Positions 36,282 to 48,995 of a stretch of DNA of 64,000 nt are shown piece by piece. The first letter of the stretch is position 1, and each line of letters begins with the position of its first letter. The position numbers were made by a program, and so were the translations under genes. Source of the DNA: Anthoceros angustus (Eukaryota > Plantae > Anthocerotophyta). The DNA lies in the NCBI GenBank assembly GCA_010909165.1, contig MU008222.1, positions 121,656-185,655 on the forward strand, in the 5' to 3' direction. A model generated the notes under the pieces. The model saw only the letters and a program-made list of their open reading frames with translations, had not been told where the DNA came from and ran no database searches.

Positions 36282-39200
36282 ATGACGTCGGAAACCACTC
36301 CCAAAATGCTCCTATATCCTCCCAAATCAGAGTATATATCCACGTTCTGGCGAGGTACTGAGGCCTGTCAAGTATTTTCTCCATGTTTCTGTGGGAGTGG
36401 AGGAGCCGGCGATAGGGGAGTAACACGTTATTAATGTGCAGATAAGTACGAAAAGGAAGCAAGTAAGAACTGGAATCGCTTCTATCAGCGCAATGCAAAT
36501 AGGGTGAGGAAGCTTTTCATGGCTACTGCACTTGCAGAAAAGTGAGCACCGCCTTATGTTGCTTTTTGAAGGTTACCGTCTTTGATCGCAGTTCTTCAAG
36601 GACAGGCATTACCTTGACAAAGAATGGGGACCCTACTTCTCAAACATGGTATGTACGTATAATTTGACTTCATTACTTGAGCTGTACAAGTCTTCTCGGC
36701 CAAGTCAAATTGTCGACACGAGCGAATCTAACCTGTTTAAGCACTTAGGATAAGAGCTCCATTCTCGACAAGTGTGTCGTCTTGGAGGTTAGCCTTCATC
36801 TTTGAGCTAAGTTTGGTACATCATGTTATTTCTCCGCAAGATGGGATAATGGGCTTGTTTTGCAGGTCGGGTGCGGCACAGGCAACAGTATCTATCCTCT
36901 CATATCTGAATATCCTCCCAAATCAGAGTATATATCCACGTTCTGGCGAGGTACTGAGGCCTGTCAAGTATTTTCTCCATGTTTCTGTGGGAGTGGAGGA
37001 GCCGGCGATAGGGGAGTAACACGTTATTAATGTGCAGATAAGTACGAAAAGGAAGCAAGTAAGAACTGGAATCGCTTCTATCAGCGCAATGCAAATAGGG
37101 TGAGGAAGCTTTTCATGGCTACTGCAGAAAAGTGAGCACCGCCATATGTTGCTTTTGAAGGTTACCGTCTTTGATCGCAGTTCTTCAAGGACAGGCATTA
37201 CCTTGACAAAGAATGGGGACCCTACTTCTCAAACATGGTATGTACGTATAATTTGACTTCATTACTTGAGCTGTACAAGTCTTCTCGGCCAAGTCAAATT
37301 GTCGACACGAGCGAATCTAACCTGTTTAAGCACTTAGGATAAGAGCTCCATTCTCGACAAGTGTGTCGTCTTGGAGGTTAGCCTTCATCTTTGAGCTAAG
37401 TTTGGTACATCATGTTATTTCTCCATAAAGATGGGATAATGGGCTTGTTTTGCAGGTCGGGTGCGGCACAGGCAACAGTATCTATCCTCTCATATCTGAA
37501 TATCCTCCCAAATCAGAGTATATATCCACGTTCTGGCGAGGTACTGAGGCCTGTCAAGTATTTTCTCCATGTTTCTGTGGGAGTGGAGGAGCCGGCGATA
37601 GGGGAGTAACACGTTATTAATGTGCAGATAAGTACGAAAAGGAAGCAAGTAAGAACTGGAATCGCTTCTATCAGCGCAATGCAAATAGGGTGAGGAAGCT
37701 TTTCATGGCTACTGCAGAAAAGTGAGCACCGCCATATGTTGCTTTTGAAGGTTACCGTCTTTGATCGCAGTTCTTCAAGGACAGGCATTACCTTGACAAA
37801 GAATGGGGACCCTACTTCTCAAACATGGTATGTACGTATAATTTGACTTCATTACTTGAGCTGTACAAGTCTTCTCGGCCAAGTCAAATTGTCGACACGA
37901 GCGAATCTAACCTGTTTAAGCACTTAGGATAAGAGCTCCATTCTCGACAAGTGTGTCGTCTTGGAGGTTAGCCTTCATCTTTGAGCTAAGTTTGGTACAT
38001 CATGTTATTTCTCCGCAAGATGGGATAATGGGCTTGTTTTGCAGGTCGGGTGCGGCACAGGCAACAGTATCTATCCTCTCATATCTGAATATCCTCACCT
38101 GTTCGTGTATGCATGTGACTTTGCTTCCACTGCAGTCGATCTAGTGAAAGTACAGTTCTCACCTGCAGCTTTGCAAGATCATCTTGATGTAAATAGTGTT
38201 TGGTTTAAGTTCTTGTATGTGTTGCAGACTTGAACATTTGGTCGATGTCAAATTCAGTTATGAGGAGCACATGGTTATTCTATTTGTGTATTTGCAGACG
38301 TGAACATTCTGTTGACTTCAAATGCAGCTGTTAGGAACACATAATTTCAGAAGAGAACATTTTGGTTGAACTCCATCACTCTGAGCTGGCTTCTTGTGAT
38401 TGCAGGCTCACCCAGAATATAGTGAAACTCGAGTAAATGCATTTATTTGTGTATTTGCAGACGTGAACATTCTGTTGACTTCAAATGCAGCTGTTAGGAA
38501 CACATAATTTCAGAAGAGAACATTTTGGTTGAACTCCATCACTCTGAGCTGGCTTCTTGTGATTGCAGGCTCACCCAGAATATAGTGAAACTCGAGTAAA
38601 TGCATTTGTGTGTGACGTCACTTCAGATGATCTCTGTAGCACAGTACCTGTCAAGGCAATTGACGTTGTCACTCTGGTAAAGTTCGGATATAACGTGCTC
38701 AGGAATGTCCAAATTTCCTGGGGATTTGGATCGGTATGCTGTTTCCATATGCTTGAGTCATGGACCTGGCCTGCTTGTCTGGTGTTCTATTGTGTGCAGA
38801 TCTTTATGCTTTCAGCTGTGTCACCAGAGAAAATGCCCTCTGTTCTGAAGAACATTAAGACCACTCTGAAGGTGCAAAACACATGTTGGCTATGCCTTTT
38901 CTTATGCTTTTTTTTCCAGTTGAAGATGACAGCCGGTGGGTGGCCTCCTTGTGATATCTGACAGCCAGGTGGTCGTGTGCTTGTGAGAGACTATGGTACT
39001 GGTGATCTTGCTCAGGTGTATTCTCTGGTCAAATCTTTGGTTTGGCCCAGACCTGATCGACATTGCTTCAGCAGTAGAAACTATGTTAGCTTTGGTGTCA
39101 ATGTGGGCTTATGGTCCAGGTTTTTCTACTGCAGGAGAGACTGAAGCAGAAGGATAAGAAAATCTGTGAGAATTTTTTCGCAAAAGGTGATGGCACTGTA

Positions 39201-39572
39201 AGTTCAAGATTGTGCAGGGAGATCATTGCAGTGCTTTGGATGTGGCATTGTGGATGGTACTGTCTGCATCTGTGTTTCGGCTTGAACTATACTCTGGAAT
39301 GCAGCGATCATACTATTTCTCAGAGGAGTTTCTCGTAGCGCTTTTTGCAAAGGAAGGCTTCAGTTGTGAGGAGATCAAGACTCACTGTCGATCAGTGGAA
39401 AACCGGGGCAGGAAGATCGTTATGCACAGGTAAGTTGTCTGACGCCTCAAAAGTTGAAATCGTGATACCATGTATTTTAACAGCTGGCTGTTCAATTATC
39501 CACAGGCGCTGGGTACAAGGAGCTTTCCGTTTGCAGAATGTTTCTAGCGCCACTCAAGAGCAGTCTTCATGA
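36282..39572 (+). CDS. METTL6: tRNA N3-methylcytidine methyltransferase, METTL6/METTL2 (Trm140/Abp140) family; multi-exon, N-terminal exons triplicated in this assembly
   Basis: GT-AG exons give MTSETTPK...KYEKEASKNWNRFY...FFKDRHYLDKEW...VLEVGCGTGNSIYPL...YACDFAS...IFMLSAVSPEKM...RDYG.GDLAQ...RRWVQG. Confidence 0.85.
36313..38096. repeat. Three near-identical ~590-bp tandem units
   Basis: atatcctcccaaatcagag starts at ~36314, ~36910 and ~37500; junction microhomology atatcctc. Confidence 0.95.
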
Positions 39573-39787
39573 CGTGGAAGTGCTTGTCCCAGGCTATGGT
39601 TTAGCCCTCTACCATGCATCTCCTCATAAATCTGCCGCCTGCTTTAGCGGGATATAAGACTGCCACTCGCCTTCAGAGGCTGCACAGTTCATGAGAGGAA
39701 CTGGCGACAAATATTGATAAAACATTAAATTATAGATTTCATATGTCTGCATATGGTGCCAGCGTTAAACGGGGCGTGCATTTGCGC

Positions 39788-40895
39788 TCAACGTCTTTGG
39801 CCTTGTATGGTGATGCAGATGCTTCGAGAACCCCCATTATTCCGATGTTCATTCAGCCAGATGCCCTGCGTCACCGGAGTCATGACTGGTCAGGCGAGAT
39901 TGTTCCACCGCAGAAACATAGCAAACGAGGGAATTATGAACAACCTGCCAAGTGCCGAGATTGAACTTCCCCGCTGTGATCGGAAGGGATAAGGAGCAAC
40001 CCAGTAGGGAGGATTTTACATGAGCTGCGACGGTGCGAGCATAATGAGCACAGAATGACACGGGCGGTCAGTAACACAAAAGATGGTGCTGGAAGGCTGA
40101 GGCAGTCACTACCAGGCATATCATCAAGACCTTCATCAAGATGGCGATAGCCACGGCCCTGCATGAATTAAGGCGCGCGTTAGAAGAGCGTGCACGGCAC
40201 ATGCGATGGGAGAGAGTAGTAACTGACCTCTGGTACTATCTTGTTCAGGGTATCCTCCATGTCCAGAGGGACATCTGGACTGTAATTCTCGTTGACGGTG
40301 AGGCTGGCAGATGTATGCAGCACTGTGCAAGTACTTTAACAATGGTAAGAACCACAAAGAGATGCGACCAAGGAGTAAGCAAGGACAATCGGTGCGGAAG
40401 GAAACGCAATCAGTGCTAGTAAGTATCTTGCAAGAGATGGAAAGTGGTCGGAAGGGTATCGTTTTTCTGCTCTACTGTATCTTACGGAAGAGGTGGGCGA
40501 CTCCAACTGCGTAGTGCTGTAGCTCAGGCACGTCCTTGTAGATTTGCTGAGTGATGATGTGACATCCTCTGAGGAGCAGACAGGGTGAGACGCAAGCTAT
40601 AGAAGTCGGGGAGCACAGGAGGCAAAGGGTAGAACCTGTTGAATGGGCGCAGTTTGATGGTCTTTTGAAACCACTCGCTGCCTACAACGCCACGCCACGC
40701 CACGTGAGGCCGGCAAAGCAAGTGTGATTGTGAGTCACGGAGAGGAAACTCTAGGCGGTAAGCGCACAGCAAAGGCGACGAGGCGTACCCATCGGGATGT
40801 GAGGCAATGGTGCAGCCGGAAGACGCTGTGAATATGAGCTGCAAAAGAGGGGGTTTAGGAGGTTAGGTGTCAGCTACTACCAACCTCCAAGACCA
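39788..40895 (-). CDS. YjbQ/UPF0047 family protein (secondary thiamine-phosphate synthase-like), paralogue 1; start uncertain
   Basis: Exons [15 protein letters not shown] / GCHII / [22 protein letters not shown] / [13 protein letters not shown] / [27 protein letters not shown] / GIWLNEHR...; stop at 39788. Confidence 0.88.
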
Positions 40896-40927
40896 TGTCT
40901 AGGAAGCAGCCCCTGTACCTTTGCTTT

Positions 40928-41031
40928 CTTCTTTCCCCTTACCCTTTACCAGTTAGTCGTTGCTTCTTTCCCCTTACCCTTTATCAGTTAGTCGTTGCTT
41001 CTTTCCCCTTACCCTTTACGAGTTAGTCGTT
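40928..41031. repeat. 35-bp x3 tandem repeat in the divergent promoter
   Basis: cttctttccccttaccctttaYNagttagtcgtt at 40928, 40963, 40998. Confidence 0.9.
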
Positions 41032-41177
41032 TCCACTGCTGCTTGCAAGCTCACGCACCAAACGCCGTCACGCTTGCAAAGCGCAGTCGCACTAGTTCAA
41101 TCCACCTCTAGTCCTGCAAGCGGACCGCGGTTGCCCTGATCCAGCAGGAAGGCGAGCAACCAGACTCCAGAGCCGCG

Positions 41178-42018
41178 ATGGCGGGCTTGTTTGATCTTGA
41201 GAAACAATTTGCCTTTTACGGGTCTTACCACAGCAATCCCATCAACGTGCTCATTCACGTACTGTTCGTGTGGCCAATATTCCTCTCCTCCCTCGTTTTG
41301 CTGGCCTTCACGCAAGCCCTTGCCCCCCTGCCCTTCGCGCCTGGTTCCTTTCCCGGCCAGCAATTCATGGTGCTCAACTGGAGCTCTGTTCTTGCTTTCA
41401 TGTATGCTCTCTACTATGTGGCTCTGGATAAGAAGGCAGGCTCCTTAGCTGCTGTCCTGTGCCTGGTCTGCTGGGTATCAAGCAATGCAATTGCCCAAAC
41501 TTTGGGCTTCCATCTGGGCTGGAAGGTACTTGCAGTTTCATTCGGAGTGGCTCACCTGCTTCGGCAAATTCGCTTCTCACATTCGATCTCGTTGTTGCAG
41601 GTGGTTCTGGTGTCACAAACGGTGTGCTGGGTCTCCCAATTTGTAGGTCACGGCGTGTTTGAGGTATGGCTTCCATCTCTAACCAAGGCCGCCTTTACGG
41701 CTTTGTTTAATTAATGATTCTCCGCTTCTGCATCATCTTCACAGCGCCGTGCACCCGCTCTGCTGGATAACCTCTCTCAGGCTTTTCTTATGGCACCATT
41801 CTTCGTGCTCCTTGAGGTAGGTGCTGCATATGTGTACTCCCTGTTTCATTACAGAGCTGTGTTCGTAACGGTTGTAGTTCGGTTCACAATTGTATTTTGG
41901 CCTTTGGCAGATCTTGCAGTTGCTCTTCTCATATGAGCCATATCCAGGATTCCACGAAAGAGTGTCTGCAATGGTCCGCAGTAACATAGCTAAGTTCAGA
42001 GCTCAGAAACGCACTTAA
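41178..42018 (+). CDS. MPO1/DUF962 family ER membrane protein (2-hydroxy fatty acid dioxygenase-like)
   Basis: MAGLFDLEKQFAFYGSYHSNPINVLIHVLFVWP...WVSQFVGHGVFE.RAPALLDNLSQAFLMAPFFVLLE..YEPYPGFHE; four exons, stop at 42016-42018. Confidence 0.93.
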
Positions 42019-42263
42019 AGCTGTGTTTTACAGTGAGATGATGTAAAAACGTGAATGTAATAGGGCATCAGAGCACCCGATCAAGTTACGATCGAGAGTG
42101 TTAGCTGACAGAATAGTGAGTTCTCAGCTCCCTAGATTGCGGCACAACGGCCATATTCTCAGAAGCGAGCTTTCCAGGACACGGGACATGTCATTTCGCT
42201 GGGTTGCTCAGTTAAAGAAGGGTTCCGCACTTGGTACGTTGTGTGTGCTCATCACCTGATGTA

Positions 42264-43714
42264 TTATCTGAACAACCTGCAGGTTCGCAGAAGAGAGTTT
42301 CTAAGATCCTACTCACCTTGGACTCATCAAGAGCAAACAAACATAACCCGTACAAGAACGTTACCTCCCATCAGGACGCTTCTCTCCCTGTAAGGTTATG
42401 CACAGCCTTCGGAACCCACCATTGTCTCGATGCTCATTCAGCCAAATTCCCTATCAAACATCGAAGGAACATGCAAAATTTTGCGTTGAGACGGTTTCTC
42501 CTTTCAAGGTGTTCACGCTATGATTGCCTACCTGCCAGATTCCGAGGTTCAACCTGCCGCCCGTGATTGGAATGGTCAAAGATGAACCCATCATGGAAGC
42601 CTTAACATGTGCTGTGTCATGAGGACATAACAAGGCAGCAAGTTTAGAGGACCCTCTAAAACAATCAGCAGGATACAGAAGAATCACAAGTGCCCGCACC
42701 CACATACCAGGCATATCGTCAAGTCCTTCATCAAGATGCCGATAGAATTGGCCCTGTAGAGTCATGTAGTGTAGTTGTTACTGTGAACTTCAAAGACAGC
42801 TCCAACACAAGGCCCAAAGTTACATAGAGAGGATTGCAAAACGCCACTTACTTGAGGGACAATTCTGTTCAACGTGTCCTCCATGTCCAGCGGGACTTCT
42901 GGACTTGCGTTCTCATTTATGGTTAAACTTGCAGATGTGTGCATTACTAGTCAAACAGGCAGACACGAACCTGTGAGAAATATAATTGGAAAAGACAACC
43001 GGTTCCCCTTCTTCACAGCAAAACAGTCGTGGGACTCACCGAAGATGTGGGCAAGGCCGACTTTGAACTGACTTATTTCAGGAACAGCTCTGTATATGTG
43101 TTGGGTGATGATATGGCAACCCCTGAGTTGAAAGCTTCGGTAAGAAGTCAGGATCGCTTGCAATCCCACTGGCAATTGTGTGCTGTTTGAAGACCTACCT
43201 CTTCAGCTGCGGAAGCTCTACTGTTCGTTGAACCCACTCGGTTCTTGAGGTTGATACTGGTGAAAAAGTGTAGGTTGAGTTAGAGATGTGTGATGGGAGT
43301 AGCTTTGCGACAATACAGATGGAAATAGCTACAAACCCAACACCTCATCAGCAATAAAGGGAAATCCCGGGAAGCTCAGCTGATGGACCAAACACACTCA
43401 CAATTTCCGGTGCTTGCCTCACACTTCAAACCGTCGCGGAAGACTAGTCCAGCTGCATTGTGTATACTTAAGCCCTGAACAGGAGGCAGCATCAGACCGC
43501 ATGTGCGGCAAAGAGCATTCACGCAGTTCCTCCAGAGAAAAGATTGTGGGCATTCATCTGTCCCACCGCCAACTTGTTCAAGGCAAACCTGGTTGCGACA
43601 GCTCCAGCGATACCGGAGTGGGAGAGGGAAGGAGGAACTGATGGCGAGACAGGTAGTACGGAGACCAGAAGGAGATGGGAGCGCACCGGGCCCAGCGCCA
43701 ACCGCAGCTGCCAT
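42264..43714 (-). CDS. YjbQ/UPF0047 family protein, paralogue 2, with probable plastid transit peptide
   Basis: Ser/Ala/Arg-rich N-terminus, then TEWVQRTVELPQLKR / GCHIITQHI / MHTSASLTINENASPEVPLDMED / [13 protein letters not shown] / AHVKASMMGSSLTIPI / [12 protein letters not shown]. Confidence 0.88.
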
Positions 43715-44234
43715 GGTTTGCTAACTTTGCCTTAATCGTAAAAAGGAAGTGCAACTGAAGCAGCTGTTCAACCGGACAAATACTTGTGCACGGTACACGT
43801 CTCTCGCACAATTCCTCCCAGGCACCACGCTGTGCTCAGACCCCTGAGGACTCCCTTCTTCTGAGCGAAAGCCACGCCAGCGGGCTTCGCCTTCTTGCAT
43901 CGCGGTCAAGAGTGTTCAGGTCCTTCCCTCGGCCTGCCCCGAGATCCCTCGCCTGCTGTCGCTGATTTTTCGGTTCCCTCTGCTTCAAACAGCCTCTCGC
44001 GTCGTACATACCTGTCTGGGGCATACTGTGCAGTGTTGGTGGCTCTTCACAGATGTTGCCTTCTCATTGCCTCAATCAGCGTGCTACCTCAGACTTCAGG
44101 AGCTGATACTCCACATATGGGTGCCTGCTTCGCGTACTATCTCAACAGGAGATTTAGCAGGATAGGACAGGCTGCAGAAAAGGGGGTGGTGGACGCCTTC
44201 GTCTGACAACTTTGCTCAATTGGCTCCTGCACCC

Positions 44235-46414
44235 ATGACTAGCCAAGACAGTGATATTCCCTCCATCGTCCACCTCAATGTAGGTTAGTGCTTTGCTTCT
44301 TTCCTGGCTGACGATCTTTCGGAAGGGAATTTCTGAGTAGAGGATAGCTCTGGCTGGCTGAGAATAGCGCATGATTACCCTGTTCAAGTTTGGACTTTGT
44401 AGGTGGAGCGGTATTCGCAACGACCGTAGGCACATTGACTCTTCGTGACACTGATTCTATGCTAGCTGTCATGTTCAGTGGCAGACATCGAGTTCATAAA
44501 GATCCAAAGAAGGTGCCGTCCCAAGTGCTTGTCTTATTGCTTCTTCTCTGATTCCTAAACAGGAGATACTTGTCCTCAGATGATGTATGGTTGAAGCAGG
44601 GCACCGTCTTCATCGATCGAGATGGCACTCATTTTAGACACGTCTTAAATTGGCTAAGGGATGGAGTTGTTCCAACGCTGGACATGCCGGCGTACCAGGA
44701 GCTGCTCCGAGAAGCACATTACTATCAACTTACGGTATGTCTTGAATCCTACATCCATGGCAGGGTTCATTAATAGGCTCGGATGAAACGATGTCTTTGT
44801 GCTCTTCACTTCTGCCATGGAGGAGTGATCAGTAGTGTCTCGGTTTGATGTACCTGGCAGGGTCTCGTTGAGGCCCTGAATTTTCTGGTGACCAAGAAAG
44901 ATGATGATGAGGAGAAGCCTGAGATGACTAGGAGGGAAGTGATCAAGTGTCTGCAGTTTGAAAGAGTCCGGCTTCGTGGAGTAAATTTATCGGGACAAAA
45001 TTTGTCGAAGTTGGTGAGCGTTTGTTTAACATCTGTTTATGCATGTATGCTGATATTCTGGATGGTGCAAACTTGAAACAATTGATGGAACATCTGCTCT
45101 CTAATTATAATTGAATGCGGGGCAGGATTTGACAGGAGTGGATTTCAGCAATGCTCGGTTGATTAATACCTTCTTTTCTCGTGCCATGCTTCAATCTGCT
45201 AAGTTTCGGGTACTTCTCAGTTTTCTGTCTGTGCAAAATACACAATCGCTGTCTGCCAACTTGGAGGCATGCATCCTCACGTCGAAAGTTCAATTGTCTA
45301 CATTTATCCCTTTCTTGCTTTAAGGGTCATTTATTCCATGATGTTTCTAGTACTAGATATGATATATACTGGCTGACGGTTTGCACTGACAGGATGCAGA
45401 AGCAGATGGATCCAACTTTCAGAAAGCTATACTCCGGGAGTATGAATCTAATTTCTGTCTGTCTTTTGTTTCGTGGCGCATTTACTGTTGTCTTGAGGTT
45501 GAAAAGCACTATGTTTGTTGGGCCTGCAACTTAACGGGATGGAGCTCATTACACGAGCAGGTGTGTTTTCATTGGAGCATTTTTACGTGGTGCTGTTCTT
45601 TCTGGTGCAAATCTTCAAAGTGCCAACATGCAAGGTAGCGCACCCTTCAACGTTTTCCGGATAGAGTGGCTGGTTCCTCATTGTAGCCATCAAAATTTTA
45701 GCGCACTTGTGAGTGCACATGAGTCTGTGGAAGGTTAACCACCTACTTACTAATCAACCAATCATTCTGTGTACAGATGCAGTCTTGACAGATGCTAGCT
45801 TTTGTGGAGCAGACTTGCATTCAGCTCATTTGCAGGTTGCCCGTGCAGTCTCTTGGTCTCAATCCCCTTTTCTCGTCCTGGTCCAGGATGCCTTTTTTAT
45901 TACGGTTGTGGGCAACAAAGAGAACTGACCGGGCCTGTTTCTGGTATGTTTGCAGAATGCTGACCTCACCAATGCAAATCTTTCAGGAGCCATTTTAGAA
46001 CAAGCAAACTTGAAGGTGAGGCAGGGCGAAGTCTGCAAGCTCTGTACCCCTTGGATGTTTTACGTGACTTTTTGTTGCTTTCTTTTTTTTAACTTTAACC
46101 TTTTGTGGCTTCACGACAGGGTGCAAAGTTGAAGGGGGCCGATTTGCGGAGGGCAAATTTGCAACGGGCATACTTACGCGATGTGGACCTTCGCGACACG
46201 GTAACCAGGACAGTTGTTTCTCTTTCTTGTAATTTGCCCTTTCTCCTCTGTGCTGGTACGTCGTGCTTCAAGGATTGGATTCCGGAGCCGAGTTGGATTT
46301 TCCGTGACAAAAACATTCAAAATTTCTCAGAAGTTGGAGGGTGCAAACCTTGGGGGTGCGAACTTGCAAGGAGCTAGCAGACCTGGACCTTCAGACTGTG
46401 CGAATCAACCGTGA
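44235..46414 (+). CDS. FIP2: BTB/POZ (K-channel tetramerisation type) plus pentapeptide-repeat protein, FH-interacting protein 2-like
   Basis: IVHLNVGG.VFATT..TL...SMLAVMFSGRH..FIDRDGTHFRHVLNWLRDG..LLREAHYYQL, then A(D/N)LxG pentapeptide repeats over many short exons. Confidence 0.92.
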
Positions 46415-46770
46415 TGAAGTGGACGATTTGTCGACTATCGAGGTAGCTGATAAGCTGGGTTAGTCAAACATGTAAAACGCAGTACTAATTCCTTTTCTCT
46501 CTGATTCATAACCTGCTTACGGTACACTTTCTAGTTTGGATGTAGTATGATTACGAACACGACACAATCGTGTTGTACATCTAGATTCCCACTTCACACA
46601 GTTTTGTCGGTACCTGTTCTCTTCATCAATTCCTGCACGCAGTAATACAATCAGCAGTCTACCAACAGTTAAACAAGGAACTCGTCGGGTTCCTTGCCAT
46701 TTAGGTCTTCTCGTCTGAAAGGGGACAATTCGACGGTTCGAAAGTTCGAACGGATGACTTAGTTGTCGGA

Positions 46771-48995
46771 TCAGGCATAAGACATGTTCTTGCGCTCCTC
46801 ACCTAAATCACTGGTGACCTTGTTTCCTTTACCCCAGAACGTTGCAAGGCTGAGACCCATAACAGCCATGATGACTACGGAGCATGCGGGTGGAACGGCG
46901 TGACTACCACCCAAAAATTGGGTTGCCAACAGCATGGCCAATGTGGAGCTCTGCATCCCAGTACAGAGAGAGATGGTTTTTGATAGTTTCTCCTCTTGCC
47001 TATTCATCAACCAACGGCCACAGATTGGATCCCATCATGCTCAATAAGAAGTCTTCAATCAAAAGAGCTTAGGTTAGAAGACTATCAAGGATATTACCTC
47101 CAAAAGGGTAACTTCGAGATGCAGTAGCCCATGATGAAAGCCGCAATGTGGAAGACCAGAACTGGCAACAAGAGCTGGAAGCCTTGAGCTGAAACTATTT
47201 GGCCTCTATTTAACGCTAGCGGACTTCCAATGCAGAGAGATGTGCAAACCATGGCCACCAGAGGCATGAATACGGATCTTATCAACAGAAGACTTGGCAT
47301 ATGAATTCAAAAGGAGCCCCACATAACAGGGCAAATGACAACCTGGAAAAGAAACCAAGCGATGAGAAACTTGCGGAAAGACTGAAGTGGTCGAAGAAAA
47401 GGGTGAGAGCACCGAGCACTACAGACTAAGCAATATTGGAGATTTTGACAGCACCTGCAAAATTGATGTGGACATTGCGACGATATCCACTGGCACCACG
47501 GACCCAATCAAGAGCTTAGGTTAGAAGACTATCAAGGATATTACCTCCAAAAGGGTAACTTCGAGATGCAGTAGCCCATGATGAAAGCCGCAATGTGGAA
47601 GACCAGAACTGGCAACAAGAGCTGGAAGCCTTGAGCTGAAACTATTTGGCCTCTATTTAACGCTAGCGGACTTCCAATGCAGAGAGATGTGCAAACCATG
47701 GCCACCAGAGGCATGAATGGCCGGATCTTATCAACAGAAGACTTGGCATATGAATTCAAAAGGAGCCCTAACATAACAGGGCAAATGACAACCTGGAAAA
47801 GAAACCAAGCGATGAGAAACTTGCGGAAAGACTGAAGTGGTCGAAGAAAAGGGTGAGAGCACCGAGCACTACAGACTAAGCAATATTGGAGATTTTGACA
47901 GCACCTGCAAAATTGATGTGGACATTGCGACGATATCCACTGGCACCACGGACCCAATCAAGAGCTTGGTCAACAGAGGGGTAACAATCACTGATGAAAT
48001 GGTGGTAAGGCTAGTCAAAACGATGCTTAAGGCCACATCTCCTTCACTCAAGTAGGCAGCATAGCTTGACAGCTGAGCACCAGCGACGCATGATGTGAGG
48101 ATCAATCCAGCGGCAAAGGCAGGTGACACATTGAATGCTTTTGCAACTCCATATCCCAACAGAGGCTTGACAGCATACTGTCCCGTGTAGCCGACGAGTA
48201 CGGACAAAGGTCTAGACAATGACAAGGTAAGTGAGAAGAGAAAGGTGGTGCTTGAGAGTCTGAACAAGTCTGGCACATTGGATGGAGGAACACGGTATGA
48301 ACATACCTCTTGAAGACGAGGGCAAAGTCCGAAAGCGAGAGCTGCACGCCGATAGACAGCATGATCCCGCCTAATGCTGGGGCATAGTACTCCTTACTGA
48401 CCCTGCAGTTGCAAGAGTAAGCGAGTTGATGTGTGAAATGGCAGCAGGTATGGAATGAGTTTGAGGCAGCAACAGACCAGGCAAATGACGCCGGGTGAGT
48501 GAGAGCACAGGCCGCAGTTGCAACCACAACGTAAGGCAACAGTTTGGAGAGAGACTTGGTGATATCGAGACTCCTTCCATGCTTGTTCCTCTTGACTTTG
48601 ATGCCAAAAGAAGCTAAGGATACGTTGCCCACTCTCTTGTAAACGCCAACCCGCCCCTTATGAGGGGTCATGCATACAACAGAAGGCCTGGAAAGCCTGC
48701 AGAGCTTGACGTGACTTGATACAAAGTGGAGAGCAGCAGCGAAGTCGCTACAGAACCAAGCGACATTGTTGAATCTTGAATCCCTTTTCCGCCTCGTCCG
48801 TGTGTTAGTATCTGCACAGGCAATCGTAAATGGTAGAGCTAGAATCGAATCCCGGTTTCGGCTGCTTCAATTGGAGGGAGGGAGCAGACCTGTATGGTCC
48901 AGGCAAGCGCTGGTGGACGGGACGGAGTCGGAGGAGACTGACGACCTAGATGAGGGAGTGAGAACGCAGGCAATGGCCAGGGAGCAGGCGCCCAT
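46771..48995 (-). CDS. BASS3: Plastid bile acid:sodium symporter family protein, BASS3-like
   Basis: VSKEYYAPALGGIMLSIGVQLS..FALVFKRP..QYAVKPLLG..GAQLSSYA..GDVALSIVLT..TISLCTGMQSSTLA..AVPPACSVV. Transit-peptide-like exon 1; ~447-bp duplication 47060-47506. Confidence 0.88.

Noticed and set aside
36282-48995. Gene island as a metabolic cluster or horizontally acquired operon
   Set aside because: Functions are unrelated; all genes have spliceosomal introns and ordinary plant homologues.
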